64,000 bases of DNA, taken from positions 3,885-67,884 of the forward strand of contig JAQGDQ010001046.1 in the NCBI GenBank assembly GCA_030141605.1. Reading direction: 5' to 3'. Both the position numbers and the translations under genes were made by a program. This DNA comes from Tubiluchus corallicola. Its lineage: Eukaryota; Animalia; Priapulida. The notes under the pieces were generated by a model. It worked only from the letters and a program-made list of their open reading frames with translations. It did not search any database and was not told the DNA's origin. This document shows positions 1 through 12,267 of this stretch, one piece after another (within the stretch, counting starts at the first letter, position 1; each line of letters opens with the position of its first letter).

Positions 1-740
1 TAATACTGGTGTCTAAACAACGTTATGTACAGCATCATTACAAATATACTAACTTGACTAAAATAACCTAACGTGGGGTTGAAAGATAAACAAGAGAATT
101 ATCGCTGTTGTATATTGCTTAGTAAATTCGTATACAGTTTACTTTGAGCACATAACTGGTTTACATATACCATAGTTTAGGTTTGCTATATACACAAATG
201 TAAATGTGTTGCAGGCAATCAAAAAACAGGGCTTGTTAGATTGTCCCACACTGTGAAAGAAAAATAATCTGAAAATTTAAAAATGAAGCATCTTGACTGT
301 TCTTATCTTTATTCTTCGATCTCAAAAGAATTGACCGATGAAATTTCAAATACCCATACCAGCTACGATTACGTAGCAGAGTTATTGAATTTGGAAAAAA
401 ATGTTGAACTTTTTTCAATTCAATTCAATTTTTTGTTTCGTACTGATCTGGTTTCAAAGTTTGCAGTTGAAGTAAAAAATTCAGAAAGACACTGTCATTT
501 ATTAACCGTTCGTTGTTCAAATTTACACAGCAAATTGCCCGGCGACCATGATCATTTGTAGGTGCAAACGTTACAAAGGATAAAAGGCGTATCTTTTCTT
601 AACTGGGTGCTGGCAGTCATTTTTATTTTAAGAATTCGTTTTTTTCTCATCACTAGTAGCTTAAAACAAACTTTTTACTATCATTTTGCTCCGTTCTAGG
701 AATTTAACGAAACCGTTAGAAAGAACAGCTTAGCATAAAG

Positions 741-1241
741 CAGGGGTGTGCAAATTGCGGCCCGCGGGCCACTTGCAGCCCACCGAGAGAATTTGTGCGG
801 CCCGCGAAGAGATTTATCAACCTAATGAAAGTGCGGCCCGGGCGATTAATTGAATGTATCCAGCTGAAGTCCATGCCACAATCTCAAAGATAGTGCGGGT
901 AGTTTTTTCTACTAGATCGGATGCCATTAACCCTTACAAGACGGTTGTAGCTTAATGTCACTGTACTACACAGACTGTGTGATACACATTACTAATATGC
1001 ATTGTAATGAAATTACCACTATCTGTTCTGAAAGTAGAAATATATGGTTTGTAATATAAATTTTAATAACTTCTAAAATAGTTTCTTGAGTGTAGTAGTA
1101 ACGATGTACGCAGGTCGAATGCAAAACAAATCGTTATTAGGCCTTTCTGTACTTGGCTCCTTGATCAAACTGCCTGTGGCCCGCAGGAATTGTGGGAAAG
1201 TTTAATGTGGCCCAGCTAGTCAGATAATTTGCACACCCCTG
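741..1241 (+). mobile_element. hAT-type MITE family A, copy 1
   Basis: TIRs CAGGGGTGTGCAAA...TTTGCACACCCCTG; perfect 8-bp TSD GCATAAAG (733-740, 1242-1249); homologous to copies at 5732, 23279, 52635, 57248. Confidence 0.9.
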
Positions 1242-1849
1242 GCATAAAGAAAAACTACGAGCTCGCAATTTGGGGCCACCCTGTAGCGTACCTGATTCGT
1301 CTAAATACTCCAACGCTGGATCGATTTTAGGAGTTAAGAAGGCTATAAACAGATTCAAGTGGTAAATTCCCAGAGCGTATGTGACTATATACCATCCCTG
1401 TAAATAAAACTAGCTGAAATAAAAGCTATAACAGAACTAAAATGCAAAAAAGCAAATGTAATTGGTGTTGTCAGCAAAGCACGAGGCTAGCAAATGCTTA
1501 TCAAAAACCGTTTTAATTTGACAGAAAGTAAAATGTAAGTATATCAAGTTAACGGGTCTTTGTCCGAGGCAAACCACTTTTATAAAAAAAATTTACAAAT
1601 TACGCTGAAATGCAAATAAGACATGATAAAACATATTATGAATAATGAAACATCTAGATATTCCGCTGAAATATGTTTTGTTAAATCACTTCACTTCCCG
1701 TAAGACAAGAATCCCCCGTCTTGAAAATGCTTTTTCTGACAGCCCAGTACTGTCGTGCTTAACATGTAAATTAATTGAAACATATGCCAGTAACAATGAT
1801 AACTGTACATGTCAGCCACACTTCATGAATCAGACAACTGAAAGTAAAC

Positions 1850-2325
1850 AATGGTGCTGCTTCTGTTGACTAAAAAGTCAATATATAGGCCACAAAATGG
1901 TGCTGTCCTCTGTTGACTAAAAAGTCAATATGTAGGCCACAAAATGGTGCTGTCCTCTGTTGACTAAAAAGTCAATGTGTAGGCCACAAAATGGTGCTGT
2001 CCTCTGTTGACTAAAAATCAATATGTAGGCCACAAAATGCTGCTGTCCTCTGTTCACTAAAAAGTCAATATATAGGCCACAAAATGGTGCTGTCCTCTGT
2101 TGACTAAAAAAGTCAATATATAGGCCACAAAATGGTGCTGTCCCCTGTTGACTAAAAAGTCAATATATAGACCACAAAATGGTGCTGTCCTCTGTTGACT
2201 AAAAAGTCAATATATAGGCCACAAAATGGTGCTGTCCTCTATTGATTAAAAAGTCAATATATAGACCACAAAATGGTGCTGTCCTCTGTTGACTAAAAGT
2301 CAATATATAGGCCACTAAATGGTTT
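1850..2325. repeat. 47-bp tandem minisatellite, about 10 copies
   Basis: Unit AAAATGGTGCTGTCCTCTGTTGACTAAAAAGTCAATATATAGGCCAC, head-to-tail, with internal hairpin TTGACT-AAAA-AGTCAA. Confidence 0.92.
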
Positions 2326-3419
2326 ATTAGGTTTTGACGTAACATTAGCTAGGTGGTACTATTAACACAGCTGGAAACAGGAGAAGTCTAATTAAATACC
2401 AGAAAGGTGCGACAGGTAAAACAAACGCGTAGAGTGGCACCCAGTGAATTTGCGTACACACTATTATGATTAACGCAAATATGTGTACAAACGTAATCGA
2501 TTACAACGCATTGGCATTGTAGTATAAAAGTGGTCAGCTGAAATAATATTCATTCTTTCCGCATGGCCAGCTATATTATGACTGTATAATACCAATCAGC
2601 TAAAGTTTACGATTCGATCTTCCAAAGTAAAGAATGTCACTTGCATCATTTCTCAAAACTTGCGCGGTCGTTTATTTCCTCGAATGTTTTTTCGTCGAAG
2701 GAACGTCGTGTAAAACTAAAACAAGGAGCGAAAATGGCAACAACTCGTGTAAGCAGTACAGTTTAGATGCGCTTCATAATTCTTTATTGTAGTTCTGTTT
2801 CGCATATTGTACAGAGTGCGCGATTGTGGTATTATGGGATTAGTCTGTGCTGCCATCTACACTCTAATTGTACAAAGTTTGTCAGAGAGTGATTTTTTGT
2901 TTCTAAATATTGTTTCCTTTTGCCTTTAGAAATAGTCATTAATCAGAGTAATTAGATTGTTAATTTCACGCTTTAATTCTGGTTCTGACTCTCTTATTCA
3001 AGTTTAAATAGAGAAAATTTATAACATTATAACACAGCTTTCTGTAAACCAATAATCTTTATTCTGCTATCAAAGAAGCCTAGTAGACTTTGATTTTGGT
3101 TTGACTAGTAGTCTGTAGAGTATAGGTGACCTTCTATCTATGGTCTGTATGCATGAATGTAATGTACCTTCCAATAGGAACTTGAATCTCTGGTCATGTG
3201 ATTAGGGCTTTATTCTCTCAGGCATGCAAGTTTCAGTTGATCAAAAGACAGCAATGTTAAAAGTTATGTTTTTGAGTGCAAGGTTTTCTCAATAAATTAT
3301 CTGTTGCTTTTATGCCACTGTGTGTGGAGAGAATTTTTATGCAATGAAACAAGTTATTCAGTTATTCTACATTCCACCATCATCTGTGACCATTGTTTAA
3401 GTTTCGCAATAAAAAATGA

Positions 3420-4715
3420 TTGCAAATTTCTACAGATGCGCTTCACGGTAAAAAGTCCAGAACACAAAGTTCTTTGCTCCACGGAGAGTTGCTTCGAGTG
3501 GGCGTGTGGAGAGACGATCCGACGAAACCGTATCTAGATCAGCTGCTTACGATGCTCAGCCGAGCGGCAAACTTCACGTACAAGGTCACGTACATGAGAT
3601 ACTTGAAAACGCCAAAAAATGCAATCGATACAGGAGAATTCGACTTGTTACTGGGATTAACCGCGATGATACCAGAAAGAACGAAAAGTATGACGTTTCT
3701 TCACCCATTCGCTTATAATTCTCACGTATTTATCACAAAAAGACATCGATTACAAGGTTTTAGCATAATAGACCCGTTCACCACGCCCGTGTGGCTGTTT
3801 CTGCTTGTATATGGCACCGTAGTGGGGACAATACTCTACTATATTGACTACAGCAACAAGTTTTTATGCAACGAGGAAGGGATTACAAAATGCAACAACC
3901 ATCAAAGAAAACGGGAAAACCGGATGATAAAGAACGGAAGAAAACGGGAAACCCCGATGATAAAGAACGAAAGTAATGCGTACTTTACTCGGTTCACACT
4001 GTCGTCGTACCTCCAACAAGGTACGACATATTTACCACGATGTTTATCTGCTAGGATGCTTATCGGATGGTGGTGGATTTTTGCCTGCATCATCACCGCC
4101 ATATATACGGGCACGGTGGTCAGTAAACTATTCGTCAGCAAGCAAGTCCATCCCTTCTCTACGCTGCAAGAGTTGATAGACAGCGACGTGATTCCTGTCA
4201 CGGTAGGCGAACACAGCCCCACGACGCAAATGAGAAACCGACCGGAATTCAGACAACTGTGGCAGAGAATGAAAGCGGATGCTAACGTACCTGCCGACAA
4301 TGCAGAAACGGCGTTAGAACTGACAGCTACCGGAAAATACACTTACTTTGAAGAAGGCACCTTTGCAAAGTTCTTTTTAATTAAGGATTATGAATTAACC
4401 GGAATGTGCAGATTTTCCGTCTCACTGTGTTTGAGTCTTTCGTCGCCAACAGCATTAGTTGTACCAAAGAATAGTAACTATACAGAAGTCCTAAATTTTG
4501 CTCTTGTTACGTTAAAAGAACACGGTCTTGTGGACAAACTGCTACAACAGTTATTGCAGCCATTTAAAAAATGTTTAGACCCCCCTGTTCAACATGTTGG
4601 CACACTATCAATTAATGTGGAGCAACTTAACGTAGTTTTTTGGGGGCTGATATTTGGAATCGGTGTAGCATTGTTTACGTTTATTAGCGAGTTTGCTTAC
4701 AAGAAGTTTACGTGA
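3420..4715 (+). CDS. Divergent ionotropic receptor (IR / variant iGluR family); large exon, true start not located
   Basis: S1 lobe (GEFDLLLGLTAMIPER...FLHPF), PFTTPVW before M1, pore loop LQQG, SARMLIGWWWIF..YTGTVVSKL, S2 (LKEHGLVDKL) and a C-terminal TM helix. The ORF opens on TTG directly after a stop; the candidate acceptor tttctacAG (3435) implies an upstream exon. Confidence 0.85.
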   Translation: MQISTDALHGKKSRTQSSLLHGELLRVGVWRDDPTKPYLDQLLTMLSRAANFTYKVTYMRYLKTPKNAIDTGEFDLLLGLTAMIPERTKSMTFLHPFAYNSHVFITKRHRLQGFSIIDPFTTPVWLFLLVYGTVVGTILYYIDYSNKFLCNEEGITKCNNHQRKRENRMIKNGRKRETPMIKNESNAYFTRFTLSSYLQQGTTYLPRCLSARMLIGWWWIFACIITAIYTGTVVSKLFVSKQVHPFSTLQELIDSDVIPVTVGEHSPTTQMRNRPEFRQLWQRMKADANVPADNAETALELTATGKYTYFEEGTFAKFFLIKDYELTGMCRFSVSLCLSLSSPTALVVPKNSNYTEVLNFALVTLKEHGLVDKLLQQLLQPFKKCLDPPVQHVGTLSINVEQLNVVFWGLIFGIGVALFTFISEFAYKKFT

Positions 4716-5219
4716 AATGCACGTAAATGCAGGTCGTGACACGACTGAGATTTGAACTAGGGTCTTTTTGCTTACCCGGCCAAGGGGTAACTGCTTTATT
4801 ACTGGTTAATTTGGTTAATTTGACTTCATCAAAGTTTTTTTACCTATACTGTTTCTTTTTGTTTCAACAATATTGTATGTTGATGTATTGTATAAGTATT
4901 GCTGGAGTGAAATAAATTGATTGATTGGTTGATTGACTGATTGATTTATTTATTGATTGATTGATTGAGCACTTACTTGTAATAAAAACACCCTCAGACA
5001 GTAAATGAATCCTAATGCAACAGTTGATAACCATCGTATCGTCATGTATGGCACAGAACTATCAAGTAGGCTTTGACAAATCTACACAAAAAACCAAACA
5101 AATCACGAATATGAAGCAGTTCAACTATGAGATGTTTTACATACATATGTATATCGCTGACTCACCCTCCAGGGTGCACCACTCGCTAACCAAAAACGTA
5201 TCTTAGCATTTCGCTTACC

Positions 5220-5520
5220 TGCTTGAAAGATTACGAAACAACAAAAGAAAATTATTCATTATTTAAAATACTTTCACCAATTGATAAAATGTCGCTGACT
5301 CACCCTCCAGGGTGCACCACTCACTAACCAAATAACTTATTTTTAATCTTATTGACAAGATACAGTAATTTTAAATTTTATTTAGTTAGTAACGTGTGTG
5401 CTACGAATACTCTGACTATTTTTATAAACTTTATGCAATATGACCTAAACTTGTTTCAAAGGATTTATCGTCAAAATGGCTGCACCTAACGTCCGTCGTC
5501 ATTTTGAAAGCATCAGCATT
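5220..5520. repeat. Dispersed repeat family (also about 18660-18971 and 50580-50975, both inverted relative to this copy)
   Basis: Shared TCGCTGACTCACCCTCCAGGGTGCACCACTCAC...TTTTTAATCTTATTGACAAGATACAGTAATTTTAAA block. Confidence 0.7.
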
Positions 5521-5731
5521 TTGTTCGAAATATTTTTTTATCACACACCTGGCCGAGAATTTTAAGAATTTTTGTACGTTCACAAACTTACTTGACGTAG
5601 TCATATAAGAACATATTTTTTAAATTTAAAATGTCTTAATTATAAATTTACATTAAGAAAGTCTTCTTTTGAAAATATGAGCATCAAGAAACAATTATCT
5701 GAATCGCGAATCTGAAAATCTTTACGTAACG

Positions 5732-6152
5732 CAGGGGTGTGCAAACTAGCCGGGACACATTAAACTTTCCCGCAATTCCTGTGGGCCACATGCAGTTTGG
5801 TCAAGGAGCCAAGTACAGTAGGACGTAATAACGATTTTCTTGCATCCGATTTGCACACATCATTACTACTGCACTACTACACTCAAGAAACTATTTTAGA
5901 AGTTATTAAAATTTATATTAAAAATCATATATTTCATCATGTCCGACAGTGACATTAAGTGACAACGGTCTTGTAAGGGTTAATGGCAGCCGATCTAGAG
6001 GAAAAAACTACAATATCTTTGCGATATTGGTGCAGACTTCAGCTGGATCGCGTACGCCGCACTTTTAGTACGTTGACAAACCTCTTCGCGGGCCGCACAA
6101 GATCTCTCGACGGGCCGCAGGTGGCCCACGGGCCGCAGTTTGCACACCCCTG
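5732..6152 (-). mobile_element. hAT-type MITE family A, copy 2
   Basis: Same TIRs; perfect 8-bp TSD ACGTAACG (5724-5731, 6153-6160); opposite orientation to copy 1. Confidence 0.9.
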
Positions 6153-6305
6153 ACGTAACGTCTATTTTTGCATAAAATCTCTCAGTTGACTCACCTGTGT
6201 TACACGCCTGTACAATCTGACGAATATCGATGGTTGTGGTTTTGCGGACGAATCTTCAGCTACCGAATTCATGGCGTCGAGCAGGAAAAGCGAGAAGGTG
6301 TCAAA

Positions 6306-6664
6306 GAAATGTTTCAATTCGGACACGGAAATGTTTCAATTCGGACACGGAAATGTTTCGATTCGGACACGGAAATGTTTCAATTCGGACACGGAAATGT
6401 TTCAATTCGGACACAGAAATGTTTCAATTCGGACACAGAAATGTTTCAATTCGGACACGGAAATGTTTCAATTCGAACACGGAAATGTTTCAATTCGGAC
6501 ACGGAAATGTTTCAATTCGGACACGGAAATGTTTCAATTCGGACACGGAAATGTTTCAATTCGGACACGGAAATGTTTCAATTCGGACACGGAAATGTTT
6601 CAATTCGGACACGGAAATGTTTCAATTCGGACACGGAAATGTTTCAATTCGGACACAGAAATGC
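6306..6664. repeat. 22-bp tandem minisatellite, about 16 copies
   Basis: Unit GGAAATGTTTCAATTCGGACAC; explains the repetitive ORFs in three frames. Confidence 0.93.
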
Positions 6665-6774
6665 TCACTTACAAGACAAACCTGAAAAAAGGAAAAGAAA
6701 GTTTGGCACTAATGTCAATTTCTGACAAAAATATAAAACAATATTAAATATTTAACAAATAATAATATATAATA

Positions 6775-6950
6775 TATAACATAACATAACATAACATAAC
6801 ATAACATAACATCACATCACATCACATAACATAACATAACATAACATAACATAACATAACATAACATAACATAACATAACATAACATAACGTAACATAAC
6901 GTATCGTAACATAACATAACAAAGATAACAAAACATAACATAACATAACA
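6775..6950. repeat. (ATAAC)n microsatellite
   Basis: Seen directly. Confidence 0.93.
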
Positions 6951-6966
6951 TGATACAATACAATAC

Positions 6967-7459
6967 TGTTTTCGACCATAATTTGTTCCTAAAAAGTGTT
7001 TGAAAACCGATTTGGTTGAGTACCGAACGATTTATTCTCATAAGAAATAAAGTAAAAGCAAATAATCCATTCTCAAGCACCAAATGAACTGTAAAGTATT
7101 ACTAAAACGAAATTTAATAATGCAAAAATGTTTGATTCAAACAGTAGATGTGATATTATTGATAAGAAAAACATAATAGAATTACTTTGAAAGAAAACAT
7201 AATTATTCCTGCATGAAAAGGCGGAGAAAAATAAGCGTAGAAAGCACTTGGGCAATTCAAATCTTGTACGTGACTACTCGCGGGCGTGGTCGATTACCCT
7301 CGGCTCTACTCGGCTCGCTGCGCATGTGTTCATCACTTGTTTGGCGGTTGATCCAGTACCGAAATTCTGGTTGAGAGCGGAGACAATTTCAGCTAGAATT
7401 TTCTGATCGAAAACCGATTTGTACGAGTACAGAGACATTCGACAACGGAGGTATGACTG
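6967..7459. mobile_element. Tigger/pogo-like non-autonomous element, one end degraded (related inverted fragment about 27720-27847)
   Basis: Right end GGAGGTATGACTG followed by TA; the left part matches 27780-27847 in reverse, which ends in CCGAGGCATGACTG. Confidence 0.55.
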
Positions 7460-7739
7460 TATATATATATATATATATGTGTGTGTATATATAAAACCGT
7501 ATATTATATAACATTATAATATAAAAGTATTTAAAGGGCAACGAAAGGAAATTTTAAAGTATAACCCAAAAAACTTTCCATACAAGTTATATTATGTAGC
7601 ATTAAATGAAGGCAGGATGATTTTTTCATATACTACCCCATTTTCACGTCGGTTTAAAAGTACAATACATTTTAACACAATTAATACAGCAAAAGCGTTT
7701 CTGGTAATTAAATAAGAAGATTAAAGACTTAATTAACGT

Positions 7740-8140
7740 CGGGCGAACACAACTGCTGATGACATCACAAACTAACATAATTTTCAACAGCAAAAATATT
7801 CCACAAGCGCGTTGCACGTGTCTGCGAAAGCGAAAATTGAAGTACAGTGCTACTACAAGTGTGCTGTAGTAATAAAACTAGGCAAGTTTTAAGATAAAAA
7901 TTCAAATGTCAAATTTACCACTGTACTCATGCATGAGTTGTCGAACATGTGTAGTCCATCACAAACTAACACATCTGAACTGAGATGTACAGCACCAGTT
8001 TTGTGCAATACCATTCTAACTAGTAAATGGCGAAATTCATGTAATGTGAAATTGTGTTTGTGTGGTAAGAATTCTTTCACGTAAATCATTTTTCAAAAAA
8101 ATAGTATGTTTCTTTTCAATATTTTAAAAAGTAGATTGTT
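7740..8140. repeat. Dispersed repeat, inverted homologue at about 29785-30220
   Basis: ATCACAAACTAACACATCTGAA..ATTCTTTCACGTAAATCATTTT..AATAGTATGTTTCTTTTCAATATTTTAA matches the reverse complement of 29785-30070. Confidence 0.65.
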
Positions 8141-8212
8141 CTGACCTACAGTACGAGATTAGGTCAGATTTTGCTCTAAACTCACTTAAATGAAACACTT
8201 ACGTAATTGGAA

Positions 8213-9258
8213 AAGTAGGACACGTCTGCTAAAGCGAATGTGTTAAATTTGTGGAAAAGCAGTGTCGTACATGGGCAGCCTAAGTAGGACACTTCTGCTA
8301 AAGCGAATGTGTTAAATTTGTGGAAAAGCAGCGTCGTACATGGGCATCTCAAGTAGGACACTTCCGCTAAAGCGAATGTGTTAAATTTGTGGAAAAGCAG
8401 TGTGGTACATGGGCAGCTCAAGTAGGACACTTCCGCTAAAGCGAATGTGTTAAATTTGTGGAAAAGCAGTGTCGTACATGGGCAACCCAAGTAGGACACT
8501 TCCGCTAAAGCGAATGTGTTAAATTTGTGGAAAAGCAGTGTCGTACATGGGCAACCCAAGTAGGACACTTCTGCTAAAGCGAATGTGTTAAATTTGTGGA
8601 AAAGCAGTGTCGTACATGGGCAACCCAGGTAGGACACTTCTGCTAAAGCGAATGTGTTAAATTTGTGGAAAAGCAGTGTCGTACGTGGGCAACCCAAGTA
8701 GGACACTTCCGCTAAAGCGAATGTGTTAAATTTGTGGAAAAGCAGTGTCGTACATGGGCAACCCAGGTAGGACACTTCTGCTAAAGCGAATGTGTTAAAT
8801 TTGTGGAAAAGCAGTGTCGTACGTGGGCAACCCAAGTAGGACACTTCCGCTAAAGCGAATGTGTTAAATTTGTGGAAAAGCAGTGTCGTACATGGGCAAC
8901 CCAAGTAGGACACTTCTGCTAAAGCGAATGTGTTAAATTTGTGGAAAAGCAGTGTCGTACATGGGCAAGCCAAGTAGGACACTTCCGCTAAAGCGAATGT
9001 GTTAAATTTGTGGAAAAGCAGTGTCGTACATGGGCAACCCAAGTAGGACACTTCTGCTAAAGCGAATGTGTTAAATTTGTGGAAAAGCAGTGTCGTACAT
9101 GGGCAAGCCAAGTAGGACACTTCTGCTAAAGCGAATGTGTTAAATTTGTGGAAAAGCAGTGTCGTACATGGGCAGCCCAAATAGGACACTTCCGCTAAAG
9201 TGCATGAGCTAAATTTGTGGAAAAGCAGTGTGGTACATGGGCAGCCCAAGTAGGACAC
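8213..9258. repeat. 69-bp tandem satellite, about 15 copies
   Basis: Unit AAGTAGGACACTTCCGCTAAAGCGAATGTGTTAAATTTGTGGAAAAGCAGTGTCGTACATGGGCAACCC; gives the 23-aa periodic ORF 8182-9264. Confidence 0.93.
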
Positions 9259-10806
9259 TGGCAATTTCTGCCATTATTTTAACTTTACATCGAGAATTTT
9301 GTAAAGTTTTTAAAAATTCTGTGAAGGTTTCTTCATTTTATTAGAAATTATGCTTGTTGGCTGAGTTGCTGTCAGTTTGGCATCAAAAAAACTTGCTTGA
9401 CTAGGTTGTTAAACTCAGCAAGCAGTACGTAGCTTATTTCACTTTAAAAATTTAATATTGACGCCAAATTTAGTATTGGCCATTCTCATAGCTCAGAATA
9501 TGACTCTTTTATTTGATCAGATGTTTAATAAATTATTTAACGTGTATTGGCGTGTTCAATTGTTATTATTTAATAAACTAGAACAACGGACGCTGCCAGT
9601 ACAGTTAACGACCAATTCGTGAAAGGTTTCCAATGTCCTACTTGTGTAGTCCATGTACGACGCGTCCTACTTGGGCTAACCCATGTACGCCAATTGTCCT
9701 ACTTCGGCTAGTGCCCTACTCGCTCCCAACATAATTATTTCTATTTTTAACTAAGCTTGTTCAGACATTGAATTGTAGTGACCTACTAATTAAGAGACAA
9801 ACTATTAGATGAATATCTCCAATAAATTCATTTGCATTGTAAATTAAATTTAAAATTACAGGTTTCTAATTTAAACACTTTTAAGAACTTCTTTGAACAA
9901 AGAAAAACAAATAAGAATATATGCTTCAGAAATCAAGAAGTGAAACTATTTACTTCTACCGTTTCTAACAAAATTCATCTTTGCCAATGTGAGATGAGAA
10001 ACCTTCGACGGAACACGTCGTCATCACTACGATGACGCATAGTCACAAGATTCGCGAGTCATAGATCAACGGTGAAATTCACTTTGATTCAAGTTCGCAT
10101 GTCACAAATTCAAATAGAAGTGGTGCTGACAAACCACTGGCATAGCAGTGTCTAGCCTTTTTACTAGATAAAAAAATCTCCTTATCTATATTCCGTAAAG
10201 GATAGCAGAATAGGTGATTTCATAGTCTTTTCACTATCCTTTCTCTAGTTCTAGATCTGTCTATACATTTTAACCATTCTTCAAAACTTATTAGAGATTC
10301 TTTTCTTAATCATGTTTTATTGTAGTATTGTAAAAAGATGAATAAGCTAAAATTGAATTGAATTGAATTGTGTTTATCTGTCTTGAAGGCGGATTATAAA
10401 AAGTGTCCACAACAAACGTAATGGGCATAATATAGATGATGATGTCGCAAATTCAATTCGTTTCGAATTTGGTTTCTAGTTGAGAATTCCCTTGAGTACA
10501 TCGAAATTAATAGAGGAATTTACGAAAATAAATTATACAACTTGTCTTTTTCCTGCAATGCAGGGTGCCTGACTTTCTTTGGCCATTGTTGTTATAAAAT
10601 TCAGTGATATGACGAATTTATTTTTTGAAACGAAATAACAAAATGTGTAAGCAGAAGCACAACAAAAAATATTGTCTGCACTCTGCAATATTACTGTATG
10701 ATCTTTATTGTTTTATTAAAATGGATTAGCAAAACGGTTATGACCATGCTTTCGGCTATGAACTATGAAAATATTAGTTATCATGTCGCTCAAGTTGCAT
10801 GACATA

Positions 10807-11278
10807 CAGTCAACCTCGGGTATGAGATACTCGCTTATAAGAGACCACCAACACTGGACCCGATTTTTCGTAACACTTTTCCTATGTAAAAATTTTCGTA
10901 TATAAGATACTCGAATATAAGGGACTTTCGGTTACAAGGGACAATACCTTCAGGTCCCGAGTAATAGAAACCCAGGTAAATTGCCTTGCATATAAGGGAC
11001 CCTATAATCAAAGCGAAATTGATCGATTTTTAACCTCGATTTTTTGCAAACTCGGTGTTCGAACAGCTCGGTTTCCATGGTCACATACGCCTCGGGTCAC
11101 TGAAGGAGCTTCCTACATACCGTTTGCAGTGAATGTGTAGCAATAATCCATAAAAATATGGGTAAAATACAGGTCTAGATACACCATCGGTCTGGCACAA
11201 CTTCAGCTATAACGGACATCGGGTATAAGGGACGGTTTTTTCCGGTCCCGAGGTGTCGCTTATATCCGAGGCTGACTG
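10807..11278 (+). mobile_element. Tigger/pogo-like MITE family B, copy 1
   Basis: TA-CAGTCAACCTCGG...CCGAGGCTGACTG-TA; TA TSD; second copy at 63646. Confidence 0.88.
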
Positions 11279-11597
11279 TAATACGTATGTGAACACAGGA
11301 GGAACAAAGGAGACACACTTGGCACCATGCTCAAGTGTGGTTAGGGTACCAACACACCTTAATCCAGCTCTGAGGCAAATAAGTGTCATTGAAGTTGAAA
11401 TGAATGAGAGAAAAATTGGAAAGAGAAAATTTCACTGTTGACATGCAGTTAATTGTCAGTTGATCTCTGAAAATCGATACAACCATGGATTAAAATGGAT
11501 TTTGCAAGGCAGCAATATTGCTTTTGGTAATAATTTCAATAACAAAATAAATTAAACAATATTAATTAAATAATGTAAATTAACTTTACAGCCCAAT

Positions 11598-11700
11598 GAT
11601 AGTGTGCTCTCGCTCCCCACCCGGGAGGTTGGGGGTTCAATCCCTAACTGAGTCATACTAAAGACACTTAAAAAACGGTACTGCTGCTTCTTCGACCAAG
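11598..11700 (+). mobile_element. tRNA-derived SINE fragment (possibly MetaSINE-like core)
   Basis: B-box GGTTCAATCCC followed by GTCATACTAAAGAC..AAAAACGGTACT..CTGC, shared with 25540-25650 (-). Confidence 0.55.
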
Positions 11701-11884
11701 CAAGCGTGTTTATCAAAGTAACATGCAGGTGATAATATTCAGGAGCGCCTTGGAAATAAGTATTGAGTTATTTAAGGTGTTATTCCCAGACTACGTCCTA
11801 AACGAAAATTATAATTATTCTGCAAGCTTTTGCTTAGTTTCCAGGGATGAGAATTTTCTATGTCTTCTTCTTCTATGTCTTCTT

Positions 11885-12150
11885 CCGCGGATACGCGGAA
11901 TTCCCAGTTTTTGGAAAACCAGTAGTGCCATTTTTGTAAATTGCGTGAACTCGTTGAGAAAATTTTAACAGACCCAGTACATTATTTCATAAGGCGACCG
12001 CTAGATGGCAGGCCGTCATTTTGTTTACATCCAAGCACGACACGTGTGTAGCTGGCATATCGGCGTGTTTAGTGCTTTACTCAGCTTGTGTAAGTGGTTT
12101 AGAGTCAATTAGGCAGAGTTATTTGAGTCAATTGCCAACAGTTTTTATAT
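11885..12150. repeat. Dispersed repeat family (also about 27880-28330 and 18238-18530)
   Basis: TTCCGCGGATACGCGGAATTCC..GACCCAGTACATTATTTCA..GAGTTATTTGAGTCAATTGC shared between copies. Confidence 0.65.
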
Positions 12151-12267
12151 GCTTTTACCATACCATACCATACATTTGGACAAAGCTCTTTGCCCATAAC
12201 AATTACGAATTTATGGTTGTTTATATATCCGCCTTTATGTACAATTATTTGTTTTTACTAGTACTAG

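Noticed and set aside
1850-9258. 47-, 22- and 69-bp arrays as CRISPR-like arrays
   Set aside because: Units are head-to-tail with no unique spacers, there are no cas genes, and the context is eukaryotic
8182-9264. 360-aa Cys/His periodic ORF
   Set aside because: Translation of a 69-bp satellite; non-ATG start and no unique flanking coding sequence
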